A DNA stretch of 63,992 nucleotides, the filler included, from Lama guanicoe (taxonomy: Eukaryota): NCBI GenBank assembly GCA_013239625.1. It is 82 parts of 78 records of this genome, joined end to end, with 100 filler letters (N's around TTAATTAATTAA, not from the genome) between each part and the next. Parts side by side here need not be neighbours in the genome. Positions count along the whole stretch, not along the records: positions 52,107 to 53,174 come from MU053350.1; positions 53,275 to 54,530 come from MU053353.1; positions 54,631 to 55,379 come from PNXV01001330.1; positions 55,480 to 56,324 come from PNXV01001331.1; positions 56,425 to 57,526 come from MU053354.1; positions 57,627 to 58,517 come from MU053357.1; positions 58,618 to 59,404 come from MU053358.1; positions 59,505 to 60,354 come from PNXV01001344.1; 74 more parts are not named here. The stretch is one strand, 5' to 3'. Numbering within the stretch: position 1 is the stretch's first letter; each line of letters starts with the position of its first letter. Both the position numbers and the translations under genes were made by a program. Positions 52,742 through 63,992 of the stretch are shown here, one piece after another. Below the pieces are notes generated by a model. It was not told the DNA's origin and searched no databases. It saw only the letters and a list, made by a program, of their open reading frames with translations.

Positions 52742-52793
52742 ACCCAGGACCCTTGCTAAGCATGCTCCCCATTACTTGAGCTATACCCTCCCC
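52742..52793 (-). mobile_element. Vic-1-like SINE 5' end
   Basis: Reverse complement reads ggggagggtatagctcaagt...gcatgcttagcaagggtcctgggt. Confidence 0.8.
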
Positions 52794-53274
52794 TCTAGAG
52801 TCTATGCTCTTAGCTGCTAATCCTCACTGTCCCACATGGTTACTCTGGGGGAACTACAGTTCATTCATTCACTCGTTAAACTCAGCCTTCCCGGTGCCTG
52901 AGATTCAGCAGTGAACAAGACAACATGTTTCCTGCCTTAAATGAGCTTGTCGCCTCCTGATATATTATCTTCATTTTACCCAGGAAGAAACAAGGTCAAG
53001 AAGATTAGCCTTTTTCTGTTAACACTGGAGGATACATGAGGTGCTTTAATTCAATTCTGCCATTTGACTTACACCATGGGGAGGGAAAGCTGCCTTGCAA
53101 ATCTTGGAACTCACAAACCTGTTAACCTGAATTTTTTTAACACTGTCCCTTACTTGATACTTGATCTGAGAAAGNNNNNNNNNNNNNNNNNNNNNNNNNN
53201 NNNNNNNNNNNNNNNNNNTTAATTAATTAANNNNNNNNNNNNNNNNNNNNNNNNNNNNNNNNNNNNNNNNNNNN

Positions 53275-54530
53275 AGAAATTTTGTGTTCCTTTCAAGGTA
53301 GGTGAAGGACGGCATACAAACTCATAACTCTCAGAACAGAGCATGTGGAGAGACGTTCGCTCATCCACCACAAATGGAACGGGTTGCAGGAGAAACTTTC
53401 TCTGTTTCCTCAATCGCATTACTAGTGCCAGTGAATTTACTGCATTTTTTAGTGTAATACCGAGTTGGAGCTTGTACCTCCACATACATATGTATGTAGT
53501 GGTGTTTGCAACTGAAAAGAATCTTTGAGATTCTTCAAGCTAGTTGNNNNNNNNNNNNNNNNNNNNNNNNNNNNNNNNNNNNNNNNNNNNNNNNNNNNNN
53601 NNNNNNNNNNNNNNNNNNNNNNNNNNNNNNNNNNNNNNNNNNNNNNNNNNNNNNNNNNNNNNNNNNNNNNNNNNNNNNNNNNNNNNNNNNNNNNNNNNNN
53701 NNNNNNNNNNNNNNNNNNNNNNNNNNNNNNNNNNNNNNNNNNNNNNNNNNNNNNNNNNNNNNNNNNNNNNNNNNNNNNNNNNNNNNNNNNNNNNNNNNNN
53801 NNNNNNNNNNNNNNNNNNNNNNNNNNNNNNNNNNNNNNNNNNNNNNNNNNNNNNNNNNNNNNNNNNNNNNNNNNNNNNNNNNNNNNNNNNNNNNNNNNNN
53901 NNNNNNNNNNNNNNNNNNNNNNNNNNNNNNNNNNNNNNNNNNNNNNNNNNNNNNNNNNNNNNNNNNNNNNNNNNNNNNNNNNNNNNNNNNNNNNNNNNNN
54001 NNNNNNNNNNNNNNNNNNNNNNNNNNNNNNNNNNNNNNNNNNNNNNNNNNNNNNNNNNNNNNNNNNNNNNNNNNNNNNNNNNNNNNNNNNNNNNNNNNNN
54101 NNNNNNNNNNNNNNNNNNNNNNNNNNNNNNNNNNNNNNNNNNNNNNNNNNNNNNNNNNNNNNNNNNNNNNNNNNNNNNNNNNNNNNNNNNNNNNNNNNNN
54201 NNNNNNNNNNNNNNNNNNNNNNNNNNNNNNNNCTTATAAGAAACTTTGTATTCCCTTCATGCTTGGTGAAGGAAAGCTTTCAGACGCACATATCCCTCAG
54301 AATTGAGCATGTGAAGAGATGTTCGTTCATCCAGCACAAACGGAATGGGTTCCTGGAGAAACAATTACTCTGGTTTCTCAGATGGCTTCCTAGTTGCGGT
54401 TTGAATTTCCTGAGTTTTACTATAAAACTGAGTCGGAACTTGTACACCCACATATATATGAATTTAGTGGAGTTTACACCAGAAAATTATATTTGTGTTC
54501 CATCAAGCTAGGGGAAGGACGGCTTTCACA
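53275..54530. repeat. Diverged 249-bp satellite (family A)
   Basis: Monomer motifs on both sides of a long gap. Confidence 0.88.
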
Positions 54531-54630
54531 NNNNNNNNNNNNNNNNNNNNNNNNNNNNNNNNNNNNNNNNNNNNTTAATTAATTAANNNNNNNNNNNNNN
54601 NNNNNNNNNNNNNNNNNNNNNNNNNNNNNN

Positions 54631-55379
54631 CATACAGATGAGTAACAGGCAAGTGATAAAAATGCTCAACATTACTAATAATTAATTAATAGCAGTTCAA
54701 AACCACAATAAGTCATCACTTCACACTTGTCAAATGGCTATTATCAAAAAGTCTACAAATAGAAACTGTTGGAGATGATGTGGAGGAAACGAATCACTTG
54801 TATACTCTTGGTAGAATTGTAAATTGGTAAAATTTCTATGGAAAATAGTATTCAGATTTCTTTAACACCTAAAACAGAACTACCATATGAAACAGTAACA
54901 TATATCCTAGGAAAAATCTGAGGAAGAAACCCTAAATTGAGAAGAACCAATGTTCACAACAGCACTGTTTATAATATGCAAGACATGGAAGCAATCCAAG
55001 AGCCCACAGTAGACTATGGACTTAAGTAGATATGATGGTTCTATAAATATGCAATGGAATAATACTCAGCCATGAAAAATATAACACATGGCTGTTTCAG
55101 CATCATGAATGACATCATGAATGGACCTAGTAAATATTGTGCTTAGTGAAATAACTTAGAAAAAAGCAAAAGTATATAATATAATCTAAATGTGAACTCT
55201 AAAGAATAACAAATATCTGTGTACATCTACCTATAGCTGTCTATTGATAGATGACAGATAAGTAGATACATAGAAGGATAGATACATAGGCACATGATTG
55301 ATAGATAGATAGATTGATAGAGACATGGTGGAGAGATAGAGAGATTAGATAGACAAGACTGAAGCAGACTGAAAGATAT
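54631..55379 (+). mobile_element. Degenerate L1 ORF2 end/3' UTR running into a (GATA)n tract
   Basis: aaatgctcaacattactaat, gaactaccatatga and atgcaatggaataatactcagcc motifs. Confidence 0.85.
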
Positions 55380-55479
55380 NNNNNNNNNNNNNNNNNNNNN
55401 NNNNNNNNNNNNNNNNNNNNNNNTTAATTAATTAANNNNNNNNNNNNNNNNNNNNNNNNNNNNNNNNNNNNNNNNNNNN

Positions 55480-57526
55480 AGAACACAGAATAAAGAATAG
55501 AGAATTTAGAACATGGAATTCAGAACACTTAATGTAGAATATAGAATACAGAATACTGAATATAGAATTTGGAATATAAAAGGTAGAACATAGAATATAT
55601 AATGTAGAATACGGAATACAGAATATAGAATACAGAAAATAGAATTTAGAACACAGAATATAAAATATGGAAAAGAGAATATAGAACACAGAAATTAGAA
55701 CATGGTATGCAGAACACAGAAATTATAATATATAATACAGTACAATATACCTAGGATTTAGAATATATGATGTAGAACACAGAATTTTAAATATAGAATA
55801 CAGAATACTGAATATAGAATTAAGAATATAGAAAGCAGAACACAGAATATAGATTAAAGAATAGAAAATTTAGAACATGGAAAGCAGAACACAGAATTTA
55901 TAATATAGAATACAGAATACTGAATATAGAATTTAGTATATAGAAAGTAGAAAATAGATTATATGTTTAGAATAGAGTATTTAGAACATGGAATGCAGAA
56001 CACAGAATTAAGAATATATATTACAGAATACTGAATATAGAATTAAGAATATAGAATGCAGAACACAGAATTTAGAATATTGAATACAAAATGCTGAATA
56101 TAGGATTTAGACTATAGAATATAGAACACAGAATTTAAAATATAGACCACAGAGTACTGAATATAGGATTTAGAAAATTGAAAATAAAACACAGAGTACA
56201 GAATATAGAATACAGAATATAGAATCAAAAATTTATAACATGGAATGCAGAACACTGAATTTAGAATATAGAGTTCAGAGCACTGAATATAGAATTTAGA
56301 ATATAGAAAGTAGAACACAAAATANNNNNNNNNNNNNNNNNNNNNNNNNNNNNNNNNNNNNNNNNNNNTTAATTAATTAANNNNNNNNNNNNNNNNNNNN
56401 NNNNNNNNNNNNNNNNNNNNNNNNAATGTAGAATATAGGATACAGAATATATAATGTTGAACACAGAATATAGAAATAAGAACACAGAATTCAGAAACCA
56501 GAATTTAGAAATCGGAATGCAGAGCACGGAATTTAAAATATAGAATACAGAATACTGAATATAAAATTTAGAATATAGAATGTAGAACACAGAATATGGA
56601 ATGTAGAATACGGAATGCATAATATTGAATACAGAATATACAATATAGAANNNNNNNNNNNNNNNNNNNNNNNNNNNNNNNNNNNNNNNNNNNNNNNNNN
56701 NNNNNNNNNNNNNNNNNNNNNNNNNNNNNNNNNNNNNNNNNNNNNNNNNNNNNNNNNNNNNNNNNNNNNNNNNNNNNNNNNNNNNNNNNNNNNNNNNNNN
56801 NNNNNNNNNNNNNNNNNNNNNNNNNNNNNNNNNNNNNNNNNNNNNNNNNNNNNNNNNNNNNNNNNNNNNNNNNNNNNNNNNNNNNNNNNNNNNNNNNNNN
56901 NNNNACAGAATTAAAAATATAGAATACAGTATACTGAATATAGATTTTAGAATACATAAAGAAGAACACAGAGCATAGAATATAGAATACGGAATATTGA
57001 ATATACATTTTAAAATATAGAATGTAGAACACACAATATAAAATGTAGAATACGAAATGCAGAATATAGAATATAGAACATAGAATGTAGAACACACAAT
57101 ATAAAATATTGAAAACAGTATACAAAACCCAGAATTGATAACATTTAATGCAGAACACAGAATTAAGAATATAGAATACAGAATACTGAATAGAGAATAT
57201 AGAATAAAGAATGTAGAACACAGAATTTAGAATGTAGTATATAGAATAGTAAATATAGAATTTAGAATTTAGAATGTAGAACACAGAATATAGAAAGTAG
57301 AATAGAGAATATAGAAACCAGAATTTAGAACATGGAATGCAGAACACAGAATTTAGAGTATAGAATAAGAATTTAGAAAATACAGAATATAGAATTTTGA
57401 ATATAGAATTTAGAACACAGAAATTAGTATAGAAAATAAGGAATACTGAATATAGAATTTTGAATATAGAATGTAGCACACAGAATATAGAATAGAGAAT
57501 AGAGAAGACAGAATATAGAACATGGA
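55480..57526. repeat. AT-rich heptamer satellite (family C); two scaffolds, 55480-56324 and 56425-57526
   Basis: Tandem degenerate 7-mers. Confidence 0.93.
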
Positions 57527-57626
57527 NNNNNNNNNNNNNNNNNNNNNNNNNNNNNNNNNNNNNNNNNNNNTTAATTAATTAANNNNNNNNNNNNNNNNNN
57601 NNNNNNNNNNNNNNNNNNNNNNNNNN

Positions 57627-58517
57627 TTCTAAGACTTCCCCGAACAGGGAACACCTGTGAATGAAGAGAGCTTCGAGGAGTAGTCTCTCGAGCTCCCCCA
57701 CGCACTGATAAAGGTTCCGGAATCCTGAGCGTGGGGAGGTTCCATCAACGGTCGGCAGCGTGTGTTTTCTAATGGAATGCCTAAGCTCGTCTCCCCTTAG
57801 GGTTTTCCTAATGGCTCTCTGCCAGGAATGCTAGGGGGGTTTGCAGGAAGCCCAGGGACAGAGGCTGCCTCCCCAAGGTCAGGGAAGGTATTTCTCGGAC
57901 TTCCCCGAACAGGGAACACCTGTGACTGAAGAGAGCCGCGTGGAGTTTTCTCTCGAGCTCCCCCACACACTGACAATNNNNNNNNNNNNNNNNNNNNNNN
58001 NNNNNNNNNNNNNNNNNNNNNNNNNNNNNNNNNNNNNNNNNNNNNNNNNNNNNNNNNNNNNNNNNNNNNNNNNNNNNNNNNNNNNNNNNNNNNNNNNNNN
58101 NNNNNNNNNNNNNNNNNNNNNNNNNNNNNNNNNNNNNNNNNNNNNNNNNNNNNNNNNNNNNNNNNNNNNNNNNNNNNNNNNNNNNNNNNNNNNNNNNNNN
58201 NNNNNNNNNNNNNNNNNNNNNNNNNNNNNNNNNNNNNNNNNNNNNNNNNNNNNNNNNNNNNNNNNNNNNNNNNNNNNNNNNNNNNNNNNNNNNNNNNNNN
58301 NNNNNNNNNNNNNNNNNNNNNNNNNNNNNNNNNNNNNNNNNNNNNNNNNNNNNNNNNNNNNNNNNNNNNNNNNNNNNNNNNNNNNNNNNNNNNNNNNCAG
58401 GGAAGGTTTTTCTTGGACTTCCCCGAACAGGGAACACCTGTGACTGAAGAGTGTAGCGTGGAGTTTTTTCTCGAGCTCCCCCACACACTGACAATGGTTC
58501 CGGAATCCTGAGCTTGG
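57627..58517. repeat. ~267-bp satellite (family B)
   Basis: acagggaacacctgtgactgaagag and ggttccggaatcctgagc motifs. Confidence 0.93.
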
Positions 58518-58617
58518 NNNNNNNNNNNNNNNNNNNNNNNNNNNNNNNNNNNNNNNNNNNNTTAATTAATTAANNNNNNNNNNNNNNNNNNNNNNNNNNN
58601 NNNNNNNNNNNNNNNNN

Positions 58618-59404
58618 GGTGCCGATTTGAAGTTCCTGCCGTTTTCACTGTAAATCCGAGTTGGGGATTGTACATCCAAATATATGTGAATAGGTTGGGT
58701 TTTGAAAATAAAAGAAATTTTGGGTTCCCTTCAAGCAAGGTGAAGGGCGGCATTCACACACACTTATCTCTCCGAACTGAGTATGTGGAGAGACGTTCGT
58801 CCATCCAGCACAATGGGAACGTGTTGCTGGAGAAACATTATCTAAGTTTTCTAAGTCTGTTTCCTAGTGCCGGTTTNNNNNNNNNNNNNNNNNNNNNNNN
58901 NNNNNNNNNNNNNNNNNNNNNNNNNNNNNNNNNNNNNNNNNNNNNNNNNNNNNNNNNNNNNNNNNNNNNNNNNNNNNNNNNNNNNNNNNNNNNNNNNNNN
59001 NNNNNNNNNNNNNNNNNNNNNNNNNNNNNNNNNNNNNNNNNNNNNNNNNNNNNNNNNNNNNNNNNNNNNNNNNNNNNNNNNNNNNNNNNNNNNNNNNNNN
59101 NNNNNNNNNNNNNNNNNNNNNNNNNNNNNNNNNNNNNNNNNNNNNNNNNNNNNNNNNNNNNNNNNNNNNNNNNNNNNNNNNNNNAGTGGGATTTGAAATG
59201 AAACTATGTGTTCCCATAAATCTAGCTGATGGACGGCTTTCACACACACTTCTCTCTCAGAACTGAGCATGTGGAGAGACGTTCGTTCATCCAGTACAAA
59301 GGGAAGGGATTGCATGAAAGAAAATTACTCTGGTTTGTCAGTCTGTTTCCTTGTACTGGTTTGAAGTGCCTGCCTCTTTCTCTGTAAACCCGAGTTGGTG
59401 CTTA
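58618..59404. repeat. Diverged 249-bp satellite (family A)
   Basis: gacggctttcacacac and actgagcatgtggagagacgttcgttcatc motifs. Confidence 0.88.
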
Positions 59405-59510
59405 NNNNNNNNNNNNNNNNNNNNNNNNNNNNNNNNNNNNNNNNNNNNTTAATTAATTAANNNNNNNNNNNNNNNNNNNNNNNNNNNNNNNNNNNNNNNN
59501 NNNNGAGCTG

Positions 59511-60027
59511 CTGCAGGGGACGCTGTTGGAGGAAGCAGTCATCGTTTTGTTATATATATATATATTTTTGCATTCAACTTCCCCGTGCCATTTATTTTAC
59601 TTTGCCTTCCAAAAGGGGCAGAATTGGGTCTAAAATCCATGCCACTCTTTTGTTCCCTTTACGAGGCTGGTTCTTCTGAGTATCAGGACTACAAAGCCTT
59701 CTCCTTAGTAGCTGGCTCACCTGGATCTGGTGGACACAAGGACCGCGAAAGGGGACCGTAGCTTCCTCTCTGCTTCAGCCAGTGGGCATTCAGAGCCAGG
59801 TAAGCAGCTGTGCAGGCCTCCCTGCCCCGGCCTTTACTTTTAACCCATGGTGGCCGTAAGTAGCTGTCTCCGTGTCTGTTGCAGCTGACGTCCACCACTG
59901 TCGGCCTTGTTGTTAGTTTGCGGTAGTGAGCCCCCAACACCCCAGTCAAACATGAAGGAAGATGCTTTGGCTGACCTAGGACCTTGTATTCTCACTCCTA
60001 CCCTGGTACATCTCACCCAGGGGAAGA
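59511..60027. repeat. Low-copy duplicated segment, paralog of 10185-10694
   Basis: Collinear; carries an extra (TA)n near 59549-59564 and a deletion near 59800. Confidence 0.92.
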
Positions 60028-61488
60028 GTTTCACCACCACCATCATGCTGTCCATGAGGCCTTGTTTCTCCTTTCATGCTCTGGTCCAAATGTGGACACT
60101 TCATATTTCACTGAATTTCTCTCGCTTGAGACAGGTCAGAATATCTGAATGAGTCCATCACATTCTGTGTGGGGAGCAGAACAGATGTAAGTGTCACAAG
60201 TAGATGGAGTCCAGGCTGTCCGGGTTGACAAATGCAGGCTGGGATCTGTGATAGCTGGGCTATGCCCTGGACACAGGCCTTTCCCGTGGCTCCCGATAGC
60301 CCAGCGGTCAGATTGAGAACAACCTTTCCTGGTATCCTCCATCCTCATCTGACTNNNNNNNNNNNNNNNNNNNNNNNNNNNNNNNNNNNNNNNNNNNNTT
60401 AATTAATTAANNNNNNNNNNNNNNNNNNNNNNNNNNNNNNNNNNNNNNNNNNNNACTTAACTAACCTCAGCCCTGCCGCATCAAGAATGGGGCAAATAGC
60501 ACCCAGTGGATTTTTTTTAAATAAATAAGCAATGATCCAGTTCCTACCACAGGCAATTATGATAAGACTGAGTATAAGTCCTAAAAACAAATAGTGTACA
60601 AATCATAATTTCTACTTGATTCAAACCGATTATTCTAAAAAATTTGAATCTTTTTATTTTTAATACAGATTTGTGGCATATGACCTAGTGATAAAATTTT
60701 CAACTGGCTTGTATTTAAAAAGTTCACCATAGTGAGAGTTTATTACATCAACTATTCCTTTTTGGGAAACCCATGTGCCTTGTCACTCTCTTTCATAAGA
60801 TTTCCTGTGGAAAATTCAATCCTTCATTCAGGAAAAGGCTGAGAAATATATCTCATGGAAAACCGTCATAAACTGCAACACAAGAAAATGAAAATGACAG
60901 TGAGCAGCCCGTGAAGCCGGCAGACACACACAGCAAAAGGCTACGCCTCGACTTTATGTAACCAGCAGGGAAAATGTGCATTTCAAGAAATAGACATAAA
61001 CTATTTTCAGGACCTTAGCACAAAATTTCCCTTTCAGGGTTTAGTGGGCTTCCATTTAATTCTATGAGAAATGTTTAAAACAACAGAACAACAGCTGAGA
61101 TAGGGTTTAAAGTAACTTTTATATCTTAGTGAATATAAAGCCAACTGATAGTTATCATTTTTACTTTATTTGATCTCACTCTCTTACTTTATCTCCCCAA
61201 CCTCCTCCACAAAATGACGGTGAACATCCCTGCCTGGGTCAGAATTCTAAGTAGAATGTACCAATCACATGGAGGTGTGCTTTGTTGTTTTATTTTTCAA
61301 AACAAACAAGTTTATTTCATGTGATTTAATAATCGAGAACAGAAACAAAGTCTACTCAATAAATGGTAGCCAACAAATGTCGTCATAGNNNNNNNNNNNN
61401 NNNNNNNNNNNNNNNNNNNNNNNNNNNNNNNNTTAATTAATTAANNNNNNNNNNNNNNNNNNNNNNNNNNNNNNNNNNNNNNNNNNNN

Positions 61489-61685
61489 ATTGTAGAATAG
61501 ATAAACAAGATTATACTGTATAGCACAAGGAAATAAACACAAGATCTTATAGTAGCTCACAGTGGAAAAAATGTGACAATGAATATATATATGTTCATGT
61601 ATAACTGAAAAATTGCTCTACAGTGGAATTTGACACAACATTGTAAAATGACTAAAAATCAAAATCAATAAAAAATGTTAAAAAA
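61489..61685 (+). mobile_element. Young L1 3' end, followed by older L1 sequence to about 62400
   Basis: Near-identical to 21345-21533 and 28020-28142. Confidence 0.9.
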
Positions 61686-62568
61686 TTAAGCATAAATAGA
61701 GACTCCAGAGCATGTCTATGCATATATGGAAACTTCATATATAACAAACCCAATGATGCAGATCAGTGATAACTAGTTAACGAATAACTGGTTTGAGGAA
61801 AAATCAATTTCTAGTCAACTAAAGATTTTATGATGTAAAGCAACCTTTTAACACCTTACAATAAAATATTACAGACTATCTTTAAATATTTTTAAAAAGA
61901 CATAAAAACATTTACCACAAATTTTTCTCTATGTATTAAATTAATTAAAATTTAAAATATTGGTTCAGCTTAAAATGTCTTCACCATAAGGTGAAAGGCC
62001 AAACCAGATTGGAAGTATATATTTGGCAGTTGTAAACCTAATGATTATTCATATTCCAAATATATAAAAATGCCCTAGAAGTCAATTTTTAAATATATGT
62101 AAACAAAGAAATATAAGCACAAATTATGCCAGGTGCTTCTAGAGGAGTTAACATTATTAATGTGAAATCAACTTCTTTTTAATGCTCAACATTACTTGTA
62201 ATCAGGAAAATTCAAATTGAAACTCAAAATCTGACTCTTAAAACTAGAAAAAAATTGAAGTCAAGCAATTCTCTGTGTTGGTACTGGTGATAATCAACAG
62301 GAATCCTTTTACAGTATTGGTGGGAGTACAGTGTTTTGCAACCACTTAGGAAACATGTTGACACATATCCTAACAATTATTATCCTTAATATAACAGAAA
62401 AACTTGAAAGCTCTTGAGCCTACATAACATTTAACCTGTACAGAGAAAGATTTTCTTGAATAATTTTTNNNNNNNNNNNNNNNNNNNNNNNNNNNNNNNN
62501 NNNNNNNNNNNNTTAATTAATTAANNNNNNNNNNNNNNNNNNNNNNNNNNNNNNNNNNNNNNNNNNNN

Positions 62569-63467
62569 TCTACATTCTATACTCTGTGTTCTATATTCTA
62601 TATTCTAAATTTTATATCTAGTATTTTGTAATCTATGTCCTAAATTCTGTGTTCTGCATTCCATGTTCTATATTCTATATCCTGTGTTCTATATTCTATA
62701 TCCTGTGTTCTATATTCTATATCCTGTGTTCTATATTCTATATCCTGTGTTCTATATTCTATATCCTGTGTTCTATATTCTATATCCTGTGTTCTATATT
62801 CTATATCCTGTGTTCTATATTCTATATCCTGTGTTCTATATTCTATATCCTGTGTTCTATATTCTATATCCTGTGTTCTATATTCTATATCCTGTGTTCT
62901 ATATTCTATATCCTGTGTTCTATATTCTATATCCTGTGTTCTATATTCTATATTCTAAATTCTATATTCTTAATTCTGTGTTGAGCATTCCATTTTTTCA
63001 ATTCTGGGTTTTGTATTCTGTTTTCCATATTATATATTCTGTGTTCTATATTCTATATTCTAAATTGTATATCCAGTATTCCGTATTCTATATTCTATAC
63101 TCTGTGTTCTATATTCTATATTCTAAATTTTATATTCAGTATTCTGTATTCTATATTCTAAATTCTGTGTTCTGAATTCCGTGTTCTAATTTCTGGTTTC
63201 TATATNNNNNNNNNNNNNNNNNNNNNNNNNNNNNNNNNNNNNNNNNNNNNNNNNNNNNNNNNNNNNNNNNNNNNNNNNNNNNNNNNNNNNNNNNNNNNNN
63301 NNNNNNNNNNNNNNNNNNNNNNNNNNNNNNNNNNNNNNNNNNNNNNNNNNNNNNNNNNTGTGTTCTGCATGTTCTATATTCGGAGTTCTGTATTCTGTTT
63401 TCCATATTCTAAATTCTCTGTTCTGCATTCAATATTCTTAATTCAATATTCTGTATTCTTTACACTA
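62569..63467. repeat. AT-rich heptamer satellite (family C) containing a perfect 21-bp array
   Basis: (TGTTCTATATTCTATATCCTG)x13 at 62664-62936. Confidence 0.95.
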
Positions 63468-63567
63468 NNNNNNNNNNNNNNNNNNNNNNNNNNNNNNNNN
63501 NNNNNNNNNNNTTAATTAATTAANNNNNNNNNNNNNNNNNNNNNNNNNNNNNNNNNNNNNNNNNNNN

Positions 63568-63992
63568 ATCTATGCAGTTTTCCACATTGGCTCCACCAAA
63601 CTACATTCCCACCACATTATAGGAGTGTTCCCAATTCTCCGCAGCCTCTCCAGTATTTATTATCTGTGAACTTCTGAATGATGGCTATTCTGACTGGTTA
63701 GAGGTGATACTTGATTGCAGTTTTGATTTGCATTTCTCTGAGAATGATATTGAACATTTTTTCATGTGCCTACTGGCCATTTGTACGTCTTCATTGGAGA
63801 AATGTTTCTTTAGGACTTCTGACCCATTTTTGAATTGAATTGTTTGTTTTTCTTTCTTATTAAGTGTAAAAGCTGTTTACATATTCTGGGAATTAAGCCC
63901 CTATCAGTTTCATTTATTGCAAATATTTCCTCCCATTCCATAAGTAGGTTGTCTTTTTGTTTTGCTTACTCTTTCCTTAGCTGTGAAAAAGT
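63568..63992 (-). mobile_element. L1 ORF2 3' region
   Basis: gaggtgatacttgattgcagttttgatttgcatttctctg...ggccatttgtacgtcttcattggagaaatgt. Confidence 0.92.

Noticed and set aside
57890..57915. CENP-B-box-like motif in the 267-bp satellite (minus strand TTCGGGGAAGTCCGAG)
   Set aside because: Only 7 of the 9 essential positions match, and the TTCG is not conserved across monomers.
14376..63175. Long hydrophobic FYILYS-repeat ORFs, e.g. 56568-57479 and 62663-63175
   Set aside because: These are translations of the stop-poor strand of the heptamer satellite, with no evidence of coding function.
1111..63428. Many ORFs containing X runs or ending in LIN/N
   Set aside because: They are produced by translating N gaps and the spacer.
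495..63567. Regularly recurring TTAATTAATTAA between unique segments, superficially like a CRISPR array or cassette system
   Set aside because: It is always centred in exactly 44+44 N and is a six-frame-stop assembly spacer. There are no cas or integrase genes and the DNA is mammalian.

Overview
This window is not a contiguous locus. It is an artificial concatenation of about 80 small unplaced scaffolds (roughly 80-1,300 bp), each joined by the same 100-bp spacer (44 N + TTAATTAATTAA + 44 N). Adjacency between segments therefore has no biological meaning, and most ORFs in the supplied track are artefacts of N runs or the spacer. The DNA is mammalian and very probably camelid, judged from Vic-1-type tRNA-derived SINEs. 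Repeats dominate: a 249-bp satellite, a ~266-267-bp GC-rich satellite, an AT-rich heptamer-based satellite, many L1 fragments, L2/MIR, MaLR pieces and ERV LTRs, including one complete solo LTR with a 4-bp TSD. Recognisable genic pieces are an intron-bearing HSFY pseudogene exon with a perfect 107-bp internal duplication, an open fragment of the large LRRC37A-family exon and an 84-bp 28S rRNA fragment. Four pairs of diverged paralogous segments occur among the scaffolds, which suggests amplified, unannotated repeat or segmental-duplication families. I cannot support a claim of a novel multi-gene system. All family names come from pattern recognition, not database searches.
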